This document shows, in pieces, positions 1 to 9,059 of a DNA stretch of 64,000 bases. The stretch's first letter is position 1; each line of letters opens with the position of its first letter. This stretch comes from Oscillospiraceae bacterium (lineage in GTDB: Bacteria > Bacillota > Clostridia > Oscillospirales > Ruminococcaceae): positions 20,767 through 84,766 of the forward strand of contig JAGBAZ010000035.1 of assembly GCA_018110905.1 (NCBI GenBank), in the 5' to 3' direction. Made by a program: the position numbers and the translations under genes. The notes beneath the pieces are model-generated. The model had not been told where the DNA came from. It searched no databases and was given only the letters and a program-made list of their open reading frames with translations.

Positions 1-130
1 CTTTTCTCAAAACTTCAAGACCTGCGGCAGAAGCCTGGGGGCTGGAAGCATTGACCATTCCGCCTCTTGCATATATGGGATATCTCTGGGAAGGATATTT
101 CTGATAAGTTGGATTAAAAGGGGTTTCCAT
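1..130 (-). CDS. ggt: gamma-glutamyltransferase, N-terminal fragment (gene runs off the window start)
   Basis: Minus-strand ATG at 128-130 with GGAG 8 nt upstream. Translation METPFNPTYQKYPSQRYPIYARGGMVNASSPQASAAGLEVLRK resembles the conserved GMV(A/S)...AS..G..(I/V)L(K/R) N-terminal segment of GGT enzymes. Too short to appear in the ORF track. Confidence 0.6.
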   Translation of the reverse strand, partial: METPFNPTYQKYPSQRYPIYARGGMVNASSPQASAAGLEVLRK

Positions 131-142
131 ATAAAATTCTCC

Positions 143-1720
143 TTATTCCTGGCTGTAAAGATGGCAGGCAACAAAATGTCCCGGTTCTTTTTCAACGATT
201 GGCGGTTTTTCCTTTTTGCAGATTTCCATGCACTTGGAGCATCTGGTGTGGAAAGGACAGCCTTTCGGAGGATTCATTGCGCTGGGAACGTCGCCCTCGA
301 GAACGAATTCGGTGGAATGCTCCTGGTTAAGGGTAAGTCTCGGAACAGAAGCAAGCAGAGATTCAGTATAGGGGTGGAGAGTGTTATGGAAAAGAACTTT
401 GGAATCTGCGATTTCGCAAAGGTTTCCGAGATACATAACAAGGATTCTGTCGCAGAAATGTTTTACAACACCAAGGTCGTGGGTTATGAAGAAATAAGTA
501 AGTTCTTTTTCCTCACTGAGCTCGTTGAGAAGCTGAAGGATCTGTGCCTGAACGGAAACATCAAGGGCGGAAACAGATTCGTCAAGAACAACGAATTTGG
601 TATCGAGAGCGATTGCTCTTGCAATTCCGACACGCTGTTTCTGGCCGCCGGAAAGTGCATGAGGATAGGAATAATAATGCTCGCGTTTAAGACCGACCTT
701 TTCAAGAAGATCCATTGTTTTTTCCTTGCGGAGCTGTGCGGAATAATCGGTGTTGATTTTATAAACTTCCTCGATGGATTTACCAACGGACTGGCGGGGG
801 TCGAGAGATGCGGCAGGATCCTGGAAAATCATCTGCATTTCGCGGCGGAGTTCGCGCATTTCCTGTTTGGTAAGTTTACCGAGGTTGATACCGGTTTCAT
901 AGTTTCCGTCAAGTTTTTTCTGATATGCCGGATCAAGACACCTTTCGGTTATGGGAAGGATATCTTTGCCGTGGTAAGTATCCCAGGCTTCCTGACGGAA
1001 AGCTTTTGCGGCGGCAACATGTTCTTTGATCTGGTCGGTGATATCGTCCATTTCTTTTTTGATCGCCTCATTGGGAGTTCCGGCAACTCTGGATTCCTCA
1101 TAGCGGCGCTCAAGATCACGGTATTTATGGATTTTTTCAGAGGAGATAAGGGTTTCTTTCTGTGCCTTGGAGAAAAGTTCCTGAACAGCCGGAAGGTCCT
1201 TGCAAAGGATAAGGGAACCTACGGTTCTGGAACCTTCACGAAGCTGGCGGGAAGCGTCTTTTTTGAGTTCCTTGGATTTAAATTCAAGTGTGCTGAGTTT
1301 TTTCGCAAGGCGGGCTTCCTTTTTAACTTCCTTGTCGCTTCCGAGAGCGGAAAGAGCGTCTATCTCAATTCGGAGAGCATCGGCTCTTTTGTCAACTTCA
1401 AGGGATTTTTTGAAAAATTCATCAGCTTTTTTCTGATACTGAGGAAGTTTTGCAATTTCTTTTCCGAAATATTTGGGGCACATTTCGTCAAAAGTGCGTC
1501 CGTAATAGATGCAGGCACCGCTGGTCTGGGGATAAAGCTGGAGGATAACACGTCCAAGGGTGGATTTTCCGCAGCCGGATTCGCCAACAACGCCGAATTT
1601 TTCACCTTCGGTGATGGAAAAGGAAACGTCCTCGATCGCTTTGATATAAACGCCGCGGCGAACAGGGAAATATTTTTTGAGCTTTTTCAGTTCAAGCAGT
1701 GTTTTTCTTTCTTCGCTCAT
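143..1720 (-). CDS. oligopeptide/dipeptide-type ABC transporter ATP-binding protein (OppF/DppF-like) with a large internal insertion
   Basis: Walker A GESGCGKST, signature LSGGQKQR, Walker B FVVLDESVSALD, and the Cys-rich Opp-type C-terminal tail CPFHTRCSKCMEIC. About 200 extra residues lie between the Walker A region and the MQMIFQDP Q-loop region. Confidence 0.9.
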   Translation of the reverse strand: MSEERKTLLELKKLKKYFPVRRGVYIKAIEDVSFSITEGEKFGVVGESGCGKSTLGRVILQLYPQTSGACIYYGRTFDEMCPKYFGKEIAKLPQYQKKADEFFKKSLEVDKRADALRIEIDALSALGSDKEVKKEARLAKKLSTLEFKSKELKKDASRQLREGSRTVGSLILCKDLPAVQELFSKAQKETLISSEKIHKYRDLERRYEESRVAGTPNEAIKKEMDDITDQIKEHVAAAKAFRQEAWDTYHGKDILPITERCLDPAYQKKLDGNYETGINLGKLTKQEMRELRREMQMIFQDPAASLDPRQSVGKSIEEVYKINTDYSAQLRKEKTMDLLEKVGLKREHYYSYPHALSGGQKQRVGIARAIALDTKFVVLDESVSALDVSVQAQILQLLNELSEEKELTYFFITHDLGVVKHFCDRILVMYLGNLCEIADSKVLFHNTLHPYTESLLASVPRLTLNQEHSTEFVLEGDVPSAMNPPKGCPFHTRCSKCMEICKKEKPPIVEKEPGHFVACHLYSQE

Positions 1721-2694
1721 TTGCTCTGTTCCTCCTCAATTTTATGGCAATATACAAAGTGACCGGGTTCGGTTTCAAGCATTTCGGGAACTTCTCTTCT
1801 GCAGCGTTCGGTTGCATAAGGGCATCTCGGGTGGAAACGGCATCCGCCGATATCTTCGGTTATGTTCGGGAAAGTTCCGGGAATGGGCTGGATGTCGAAT
1901 TCGTCCAGATCGACGTTCGGAACAGCGTTCATAAGACCGATGGTGTAAGGATGCTGGGGTTTTGCAAAAATCTGTTCAATGGTTCCTTCCTCAACCTTGC
2001 GTCCGGAATAGAGAACGATTACCCTGTCCGCAATTTCCGCAACAACGGAAAGGTCATGGGTGATGAAAAGAACACCGGTGGAAACGTCTTTTTTAAGCTT
2101 GTTGAGAAGAACAAGAACCTGTTTCTGAATGGTTACGTCAAGAGCGGTTGTGGGTTCATCCGCAATAAGAAGGCTGGGCTGAACGGACATTACCATTGCT
2201 ATCATAATACGCTGGCGAAGACCGCCGGAAAGCTGGAACGGGAACTGTTTAAGACGTTCTTCCGGATTTGCAATACCAACTTTTTCAAGATAGTTCTTTG
2301 CGGTTTCCATGGCCTCTTTTTTGCTCATTCCGCGATGGAGCATAAGGCTTTCGGTCATCTGGCGGCCGATGGTAAGAAGCGGATTAAGAGCGGTCATGGG
2401 CTCCTGGAAAATCATTCCCATCTGTTTTCCGCGAAGGGCGTTAAGTTCCTTCGGGCTCATGGTGGTAAGTTCCTGTCCGTTAAGTTTGATGCTGCCGGAA
2501 ACGATTCTGCCGTTGTTGGGCAGAAGGCCCATTACGGAAAGGGTGGTAACGCTTTTTCCGCAGCCGGATTCACCAACCATGCAAAGGGTTTCGTTTTCGT
2601 TAAGATCGAAAGAAACTCCGCGCAGAACTTCATATTCTTTTTTATCGATTCGGAAGGTTGTAACAAGGTCCTTCACTTCAAGCACTTTTCCCAT
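1717..2694 (-). CDS. oligopeptide/dipeptide-type ABC transporter ATP-binding protein (OppD/DppD-like)
   Basis: GESGCGKSV, LSGGLRQR, LLIADEPTTALD, C-terminal GCRFHPRCPYATERC. Start moved to ATG 2694 (MGKVLEV) because AGGAGG lies 9 nt upstream. Overlaps the downstream ATPase gene by 4 nt. Confidence 0.9.
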   Translation of the reverse strand: MGKVLEVKDLVTTFRIDKKEYEVLRGVSFDLNENETLCMVGESGCGKSVTTLSVMGLLPNNGRIVSGSIKLNGQELTTMSPKELNALRGKQMGMIFQEPMTALNPLLTIGRQMTESLMLHRGMSKKEAMETAKNYLEKVGIANPEERLKQFPFQLSGGLRQRIMIAMVMSVQPSLLIADEPTTALDVTIQKQVLVLLNKLKKDVSTGVLFITHDLSVVAEIADRVIVLYSGRKVEEGTIEQIFAKPQHPYTIGLMNAVPNVDLDEFDIQPIPGTFPNITEDIGGCRFHPRCPYATERCRREVPEMLETEPGHFVYCHKIEEEQSK

Positions 2695-2823
2695 AAGAAG
2701 CATCCTCCTAAGTAATCATGGGTGTGTTTCAAGCTGATTTCTCCTTTTTGTTTCAAGAAGCTCTCAGCTTGGAACACACCCAAAGGTGTGTTCCAAAAAC
2801 CGGCAAAGCCGGAAGTTTTTTAA

Positions 2824-4422
2824 TTATTCTGCATATCCCATATCTACGAGATAGAACGTGCCGCCCGGATCACGGGTTACGCCGATGTAGTTGGAGTTGA
2901 AGCAGAAGATGTTGGTGCCGTTATAAATAGGCTGTACATATGCGTTTTCCTGAAGAGCTGCGTTGCAGAGCTGGAGGTTTTCAACACGTACTGCGGTATC
3001 GGAAGTGGTTTTGGAAGCAACGATGTAACCATCGATAACTGCTGCATCCTCTGCCGGGATTTTGATACGGCCTGCACCGTTGGTGGAATGGAAGTTCGGT
3101 TCCATAAGTTCGGTACCGTCACGGGTTACGTTGGACCATGCTGCAAGGGTGATGTCAAAGCGGTTTTCTGCTTTGGATTCGGTGAGCCATGCGGACCAGT
3201 CGATGCCTTCATATTTGATGTTGAAGCCGGCAGCAAGCATATTTGCCTGGAAATATTCGCCGAGTTTCTGGTAAACAGGGGTGGTGGGAACGAGGAAGAG
3301 GATCTCTTCTTGTTTCCATTCGGGATGTGCATCGAGGATTGCTTTTGCGCCTTCAAGGTCATAACCGATGTTTGCGCCTTCGCATTCTTCAGAATAACCG
3401 AAGATCTTCGGGCCGAGAACGGATTTTGCGGTGGTTGCATAACCTTCCATCATGTAGTTTACGAAACCTTCTTTATCGATGGACATTGCAAGAGCTTTTC
3501 TGAATTCGGGTTCAGCCATAACGGGGTTTACGTAAGAAGTTCCGCGGAGACCCATGTAATAGATCTGTGCTGCGTCGGAAGTTGCAACGGTTACGCCGTT
3601 GATGCCTTCAACACGGGAGATCTGCTCAACGGAAAGGTTGGGCATAAAGTCTGCTTCGCCGGTTTCCATACGTGCGATTGCGGTGGATTCTTCGGCGATG
3701 ATGGTCATGGTAACGTCTTTGATTGCGGGTGCGCCGTTCCAGTATTCTTCGTTAGCGGTAAGAACAACGTTGGAACCGGAGATGGAGCTTACGAATTTGT
3801 AAGGGCCGGTGCCGCAGGGGTTAACCATGAGGTCCTGAGCCTGCTGTGCGGTAGGAGATACGATTGCGGAGTTGGTGTGTGCAAATTTTGCAAGGATAAC
3901 ACCGTCTTCATAGTTGAGGTGGAAAACGATGGTGTTTTCATCGGGGCATTCCATGGTTTCGATGGAGTTTGCGATGGAAGCACGTGCGGAACCGAATTCA
4001 GGGTCTTTGATAAGGCTGAAGGTGTGCATTACAGCTTCGGAGTTGAAGTCGGTGCCGTCGTGGAATTTAACGCCTTCACGAAGTTTTACGGTAACAGTCA
4101 TGCCGTCATCAGAGAACTCGGGGAGTTCTGCGGCAAGAAGAGGATCATATTCACCGGTGGTGGGGTTGATTCTGTAAAGGGTTTCGTAGATCTGAGCGTT
4201 TACATAAGTGGAAGCGCTGTCGTTGGTACGAAGAGGATCAAATCCGGTGAAAGGTGCGGTAAGAGCGATTTGGAACATAGTTCCGATTTCGGGGTTGCCG
4301 CCTTCGGTTTCGCCGCCTGCGTTAGGGGTGGAAGGGTCAACGGGGGTGGTTGTGCCGTCGCATCCAGCAAGGAGTCCGAGGCACATTACCATTGCGATCA
4401 TGATGCAAAGCAGTTTTTTCAT
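2824..4422 (-). CDS. ABC transporter substrate-binding lipoprotein, family 5 (peptide/nickel type)
   Basis: Signal peptide with lipobox LLAGC, AAGGAGAA RBS, and length and composition typical of OppA/DppA-type binding proteins. Lies in an operon with Opp-type permeases and ATPases. Confidence 0.88.
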   Translation of the reverse strand: MKKLLCIMIAMVMCLGLLAGCDGTTTPVDPSTPNAGGETEGGNPEIGTMFQIALTAPFTGFDPLRTNDSASTYVNAQIYETLYRINPTTGEYDPLLAAELPEFSDDGMTVTVKLREGVKFHDGTDFNSEAVMHTFSLIKDPEFGSARASIANSIETMECPDENTIVFHLNYEDGVILAKFAHTNSAIVSPTAQQAQDLMVNPCGTGPYKFVSSISGSNVVLTANEEYWNGAPAIKDVTMTIIAEESTAIARMETGEADFMPNLSVEQISRVEGINGVTVATSDAAQIYYMGLRGTSYVNPVMAEPEFRKALAMSIDKEGFVNYMMEGYATTAKSVLGPKIFGYSEECEGANIGYDLEGAKAILDAHPEWKQEEILFLVPTTPVYQKLGEYFQANMLAAGFNIKYEGIDWSAWLTESKAENRFDITLAAWSNVTRDGTELMEPNFHSTNGAGRIKIPAEDAAVIDGYIVASKTTSDTAVRVENLQLCNAALQENAYVQPIYNGTNIFCFNSNYIGVTRDPGGTFYLVDMGYAE

Positions 4423-4493
4423 GATTCATTTCTCCTTTTAGTTTTGAATTTATTGCAGTGTCACGAAAGGTGGCAGAACAAACAAAAATTTAA

Positions 4494-5411
4494 TCAGTCA
4501 CGAAGGCTGGGGTCAAGAATATCTCTGAGCTTATCGCCGAGGATATTGAAGCAGATAACGGTGATCATTACGGCAATACCGGGAATGAAGATCATGCTGG
4601 GGCGCTGCCACATATATTCTTTTGCGGCGGCGATCATTCCGCCCCATTCGGGCATCGGAGGGGTTACGCCCATACCGAGGTAGCTCAGGGTGGAAATGGA
4701 GATGATGGAGGTTGCCATTCTCATGGTTGCGATAACAATGATGGTGGGAAGGCAGTTTTTAAGGATATGGATAAGAAGGATTCTCGCATCGGTTGCGCCG
4801 AGAGAACGGGTTGCCATGATGTAGTCCTCTTCTTTGAGCTGAAGAACTCTGCCTCGGACCATTCTTGCAAAGCTGGGAATGGACCAGATGCTGATAGCGA
4901 GCATTGCGTTGAAGGTACTTACGCCGAACATTGCAATGATGAGCATTGCAAGAAGAATTCCGGGGAAGGTGAAAAGGATATCCATAACGCGCATTATGGG
5001 GTTATCAAGCTGTTTGTAATAACCTGCAAGAAGTCCGCAGATTACACCGACCGCAAGACCCATAGCGGTTGAAACAAAACCAACCATAAGGGAAATTCTT
5101 CCGCCATAGAGAAGGCGGGAAAAAATATCGCGTCCGTAGTTATCGGTTCCGAGGATATGACCTTCGGCATAAATATCCTGGGGATTTACTCCGCCCATTG
5201 CCAAAGCTTCTTCCTCATGGATTCCCCAGAAGCCGGGACGAAGACGGATCGCAGGATCCTGTTCTTCATAGCCATAAGGTGCGATGACCGGAGCAAAAAT
5301 TACCATCAAGATTTCAACAAGAAGAATGAAGAAGCAAAGCGTTGCCATTTTGTTTTTCAAAAGCTTCTGGAACGCCGTTTTTATTGGATTTTTGCGTTTT
5401 ACGTTTTCCAC
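4494..5411 (-). CDS. ABC transporter permease (OppC/DppC-like)
   Basis: Six predicted TM segments and a binding-protein-dependent transport signature region (ATRSLGATDARILLIHILKN). GTG start preceded by GGAGGAGG. Confidence 0.88.
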   Translation of the reverse strand: MENVKRKNPIKTAFQKLLKNKMATLCFFILLVEILMVIFAPVIAPYGYEEQDPAIRLRPGFWGIHEEEALAMGGVNPQDIYAEGHILGTDNYGRDIFSRLLYGGRISLMVGFVSTAMGLAVGVICGLLAGYYKQLDNPIMRVMDILFTFPGILLAMLIIAMFGVSTFNAMLAISIWSIPSFARMVRGRVLQLKEEDYIMATRSLGATDARILLIHILKNCLPTIIVIATMRMATSIISISTLSYLGMGVTPPMPEWGGMIAAAKEYMWQRPSMIFIPGIAVMITVICFNILGDKLRDILDPSLRD

Positions 5412-5426
5412 TTTCTTCCTCCTCCT

Positions 5427-6368
5427 TTATTCGTATTTGATTCTGGGGTCAACCACGCAGTAAACAAGGTCAACGATAAGGTTAACAAGGATAAACATGG
5501 TTGCGATAATAAGAACGGTGCTCTGTACTACCGGGTAGTTATATTTTCTGATGGCATCGATAAGGTAAGTACCGATTCCGTTGATTACGAAAACCTGTTC
5601 GGTGATGATCGCACCGCCGAGAAGAACGCCGAAGCTGGTACCAAGCTGGGTGAGAAGCGGGATCATGGCGTTTCTCAAAGCGTGGATAAGAATTACGGTC
5701 GTTCCTTTAAGGCCTTTCGATTTTGCTGTTCTGATGTAGTCGGACTGGAGAACATCAAGCATTGCACTTCTTCCGATTCGGGTAAAGCTTGCGATGGTGG
5801 AAGTTGAAAGAGCAACCGCCGGAAGAATTGCCTGCTGGAAGCCGGTGGGAGTCCAGAAGAAATGGGTCATACCGCCGGAAGGAAGAAGTTTCAGAACAAC
5901 GGCAAAAACATAGATAAGCATGGTACCAAGCCAGAAGTTCGGGATCGAGATACCTACCATTGCGCCGGTTGTAAGAACGTTATCAACAAGCTTATCTTTC
6001 TTGAGCGCGGAAATGATTCCCGCCGGGATTCCGACGATTATCGAAAGAATCATTGCGGCGCAGGCAAGGTTCAAAGTATTGGGAAGTCTGACCAGAATTT
6101 CGCCGAGGATCGGCTGCTTTGTGGTAAAGCTTGTGCCAAGGTCGAGCTTAAGAAGCTTTTTAAGATATGTAATATACTGGGTGAAAAAGCTTTCGTTAAG
6201 ACCAAGGCTTTCCCTTACCCTTTCGATATCTTCTTCTGTTGCGCCAACACCCGCAACAAGTTCCGCCGGATCACCGGGAGCAATATAAAGGCTGGCGAAT
6301 ACAATGAATGTCATACCGATTACAAGAACCAGCATCATAAGTATTCTCTTCAAAACATATTTTCGCAT
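5427..6368 (-). CDS. ABC transporter permease (OppB/DppB-like)
   Basis: Typical OppB N-terminus (YVLKRILMMLVLVIGMTFIVF) and EAA-like loop (YIRTAKSKGLKGTTVILIHALRNA). ATG 6368 has GGAGG at suitable spacing, whereas TTG 6374 is too close to the RBS. Confidence 0.88.
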   Translation of the reverse strand: MRKYVLKRILMMLVLVIGMTFIVFASLYIAPGDPAELVAGVGATEEDIERVRESLGLNESFFTQYITYLKKLLKLDLGTSFTTKQPILGEILVRLPNTLNLACAAMILSIIVGIPAGIISALKKDKLVDNVLTTGAMVGISIPNFWLGTMLIYVFAVVLKLLPSGGMTHFFWTPTGFQQAILPAVALSTSTIASFTRIGRSAMLDVLQSDYIRTAKSKGLKGTTVILIHALRNAMIPLLTQLGTSFGVLLGGAIITEQVFVINGIGTYLIDAIRKYNYPVVQSTVLIIATMFILVNLIVDLVYCVVDPRIKYE

Positions 6369-6641
6369 GGTCAATGCCTCCGAAGAATCTGAATTCAGAA
6401 ATTGGGCAGCGCCAATTTCCGATAAAAAATTACTTTTATTATATCACCTTTTCTCGTTTCTTCAATACTTTAACGCGGTAAAACGATAATTTTTACGTGT
6501 TGCATAAACAATTGTTGAAAAAACATACATAGAGAGGACAATTTGCACTATAACATTAAAAAAATTATTCATTATTCTTGCAAAAAAACAAATAATTATT
6601 CGTTTTTGACGCTTTTCCTGCATCTTTTTTTCATTTTAAAG

Positions 6642-6669
6642 TTGACAGATTTTCATTTTTTGGTAATAT
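6642..6669 (+). promoter_or_regulatory. sigma-A-like promoter upstream of the chromate-transporter pair
   Basis: TTGACA (6642-6647), 16-nt spacer, TAATAT (6664-6669), about 50 nt upstream of ATG 6722. Confidence 0.45.
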
Positions 6670-6721
6670 AGTGTTTGTGTCTGCGGCAATGCCGCTTATT
6701 ATTTAAATAAGGAGTATATAT

Positions 6722-7267
6722 ATGAAAGAACTTTTGGAACTCTTTCTCGCCTTTGCCAGAATCGGAGGTCTGACTTTTGGCGGCGGTTATGCAATGCTTC
6801 CTATGCTTCAGCGCGAAGTTGTTGAAAACAAAGGCTGGGCAACCGAAGCCGAACTTATGGATTATTACGCTGTGGGACAGTGCGTTCCCGGCGTTATTGC
6901 GGTAAACACCGCTGTTTTTGTCGGCAACAAAGTAAAAGGACTTCTTGGCGCAATAGCAGCTTCTCTCGGCGTTGTTGCACCTTCCCTTGTTATTATTGTT
7001 GCCATTGCGGCTTTTATCCAAAGCTTTTCCGAACTTGAGATCGTTCAGAATGCTTTCGCCGGGATCCGCGTTGCTGTCTGTGTTCTTATCTTCACCGCAA
7101 TAGTAAAACTTTTCAAAAAAGCAATCGTCGATAAATTCACCTTTGTGCTTTTTGCAATCGTTTTCGCTCTTACCGTCTTTGTTGACATCAGCCCGATTAT
7201 TTTCGTAATCATCGCCGCAATTGCAGGCATTATAGTTAAATGTGTAAAGGAGGGCAAAGCAAAATGA
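6722..7267 (+). CDS. chromate transporter (ChrA) family protein, half-size subunit 1
   Basis: GGLTFGGGYAMLPMLQREVV motif typical of the chromate ion transporter family. Polytopic membrane protein with an AAGGAG RBS. Confidence 0.85.
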   Translation: MKELLELFLAFARIGGLTFGGGYAMLPMLQREVVENKGWATEAELMDYYAVGQCVPGVIAVNTAVFVGNKVKGLLGAIAASLGVVAPSLVIIVAIAAFIQSFSELEIVQNAFAGIRVAVCVLIFTAIVKLFKKAIVDKFTFVLFAIVFALTVFVDISPIIFVIIAAIAGIIVKCVKEGKAK

Positions 7268-7839
7268 TTTATCTCCAGCTTTTCTGGGAATTCTTCAAAG
7301 TCGGCCTTTTCACCGTCGGCGGCGGACTTGCTTCCCTTCCTTTCCTCTATGATATTTCCGACAGAACCGGCTGGTACACTCATGCTCAGCTCGCCGATAT
7401 GATTGCAATTTCCGAATCCACCCCCGGCCCTATCGGAATCAATATGGCAACCTATGTCGGTTTCACTTCCGCAGGAGTTGTCGGTTCCGTGCTTGCAACC
7501 CTTGGGTTTATCATTCCTTCCATCATTATTGTAAGCATTGTTTCCAGATTCCTCAAAAAATTCAGCGAAAACAAACTCGTCAAAGGCGCTTTCTACGGTC
7601 TTCGCGCCGTTTCCGTTGCACTTATCTGCGCAGCACTTGTTTCCGTTGTCAAAATTTCTCTTATCAACATTCCGCTTTTCCAGGAAACCGGTGCGATTCT
7701 TGACCTTATCAGCATTCCCGGAATCCTTCTCGCCGCAGCATGTTATTTCGTGCTCAAAAAGTGGAATCCCCATCCCGTTTTTGTTCTCGGCGGAAGCGCC
7801 ATTGTCGGAATTCTTCTTGGATTTGTTGGACTTATGTAA
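7264..7839 (+). CDS. chromate transporter (ChrA) family protein, half-size subunit 2
   Basis: FTVGGGLASLPFL motif. ATG 7264 overlaps the upstream stop (ATGA) and is preceded by AAGGAGGG. Paired short ChrA genes are a common arrangement. Confidence 0.85.
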   Translation: MIYLQLFWEFFKVGLFTVGGGLASLPFLYDISDRTGWYTHAQLADMIAISESTPGPIGINMATYVGFTSAGVVGSVLATLGFIIPSIIIVSIVSRFLKKFSENKLVKGAFYGLRAVSVALICAALVSVVKISLINIPLFQETGAILDLISIPGILLAAACYFVLKKWNPHPVFVLGGSAIVGILLGFVGLM

Positions 7840-7860
7840 TTTATTCCAATAAAAAATCAA

Positions 7861-7896
7861 CCCCGTGCTCGTTTGAGCATGGGGTTTTGTTTTTAT
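7861..7896 (+). terminator. rho-independent terminator after the ChrA pair
   Basis: Stem ccccgtgctc/gagcatgggg (one G-U pair), loop gttt, followed by ttttgttttt. Confidence 0.7.
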
Positions 7897-7999
7897 TAAA
7901 CTTTAACTCCGGGAAGGTGGTTAAAAGCCCCTTACTCATTTTGGAAATGAGCGCCGCGGCGGGAATTGCTTTTTGTTTCCTCGGGTTTATCCGATTTTT

Positions 8000-8033
8000 A
8001 AAATAAAAAAACCTTGTCCGTTTCGGACAAGGT
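8000..8033 (-). terminator. rho-independent terminator after the eutP-like gene
   Basis: Stem accttgtcc/ggacaaggt (8011-8033) flanked by A-run and T-run. Usable in both directions. Confidence 0.65.
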
Positions 8034-8034
8034 T

Positions 8035-8604
8035 TTATTTTTTTGCGATGAATTCTTCAAGCTGTTTATCTGTTCCCCAACCGGATTCTTTGAATTTCTC
8101 GAATTCTTCTTTGTTCATCCATTCGGGCTGCCCGCTCCATTGGCGGTCGACCGCTTCCTGCCAGGGAATTTTAACCGGATCCGCCTCGAGGTAAGCAAAA
8201 AGCTCCTCGATGCCCTCTTTTGTTACGTTGCTTATTTCAAAAACTTTTTCGCAGCCGGAATTTATCATCCAGTTACGCACCATCGGAACGTTAGCGAAAG
8301 GTGAATCCGTTTTTGTAATGATTCCTATAAGCGGGCGGTTTGTCCAACAGTTGCAGTTCGGTTCAAAAACCGCAAAGGGTTCGTCTGCCGCCATAACAAG
8401 AGCAAGAACGTCCGCCTCGAAGGAAAAACAGGCAAGACCGATTCCGCAATGTTTGGTCTCGGAATATTCGCCGGGGGAATCGATTATAAAATCGTCTGTG
8501 TTCGTATATTGAGTTTTGTGATAATGAAGTTCTTCACCATGCAGAATCTGGGTCAGAGAAGTTTTTCCTGCCTCGCTTCTGCCCATTAAAAACATTTTTT
8601 TCAT
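8035..8604 (-). CDS. EutP/PduV-family P-loop GTPase-like protein with a C-terminal extension
   Basis: N-terminal MFLMGRSEAGKTSLTQ (GxxxxGKT) and overall similarity to EutP/PduV. It has about 40 extra W/E/K-rich C-terminal residues. Sits immediately downstream of two BMC shell genes. Confidence 0.7.
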   Translation of the reverse strand: MKKMFLMGRSEAGKTSLTQILHGEELHYHKTQYTNTDDFIIDSPGEYSETKHCGIGLACFSFEADVLALVMAADEPFAVFEPNCNCWTNRPLIGIITKTDSPFANVPMVRNWMINSGCEKVFEISNVTKEGIEELFAYLEADPVKIPWQEAVDRQWSGQPEWMNKEEFEKFKESGWGTDKQLEEFIAKK

Positions 8605-8615
8605 CTATGCTCTCT

Positions 8616-9047
8616 TTACACCTCTGTTATTTCACAGACGGTGAATTTAAGTTTATATTCAAAGAATTCAATAACGCCTTCAAGGGCGCTTCGGACATTG
8701 GAACGGTCGCCTAAAATTACAACAGAACCGTTGAAACGGTCGAGAGTTCCGATTTCGACGTTACCGCTTTTCATCGCGATATCTGCAACGATTATCGCGG
8801 CTTCTTCCGGGGTAACGTGTATAAGACCGATGGATTCACCGGTGTGGTCTTCACCGAAATGGGTTCCTATATGCAACGCAAGGTTCTGATAAATTCTTGT
8901 TTCGGAAGAACCGATGAGCTGGGCAAGTGAAATTTCCTTGCCCTTTACTTTGATACGGACTATTCGAAGATCTTTATCTTTCAGTTCATCATATTTTTTT
9001 TGGAAAACCTTTTCAAGGAATTCCTCTCTGGTCATGCGTACTCCCAT
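8616..9047 (-). CDS. bacterial microcompartment shell protein, EutS/PduU (circularly permuted BMC) type
   Basis: Core GKEISLAQLIG...IGLIHVTPEEAAIIVADIAMKSGNVEIGTLDRFNGSVVILGD matches the EutS/PduU pattern (ITP.E..I..DIA.KSG.V..GF.DRF.G). AAGGAAG RBS. Confidence 0.75.
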   Translation of the reverse strand: MGVRMTREEFLEKVFQKKYDELKDKDLRIVRIKVKGKEISLAQLIGSSETRIYQNLALHIGTHFGEDHTGESIGLIHVTPEEAAIIVADIAMKSGNVEIGTLDRFNGSVVILGDRSNVRSALEGVIEFFEYKLKFTVCEITEV

Positions 9048-9059
9048 AACCGCACTTCC

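Noticed and set aside
161-1762. 533-aa plus-strand ORF antisense to the OppF-like gene. Similar long antisense ORFs occur at 1699-2715, 3088-4683, 7045-7860, 10482-12248, 13554-14438, 15111-17399, 22235-23221, 52785-54395, 58843-59973, 60525-61352 and 62141-63154.
   Set aside because: Each lies exactly opposite a gene whose product carries unambiguous family motifs (ABC, SBP, HsdM, AKR, FeoB and others). Their translations are low-complexity (F/G/K/N/C-rich) with no motifs and no convincing RBS. They are shadow ORFs produced by codon bias.
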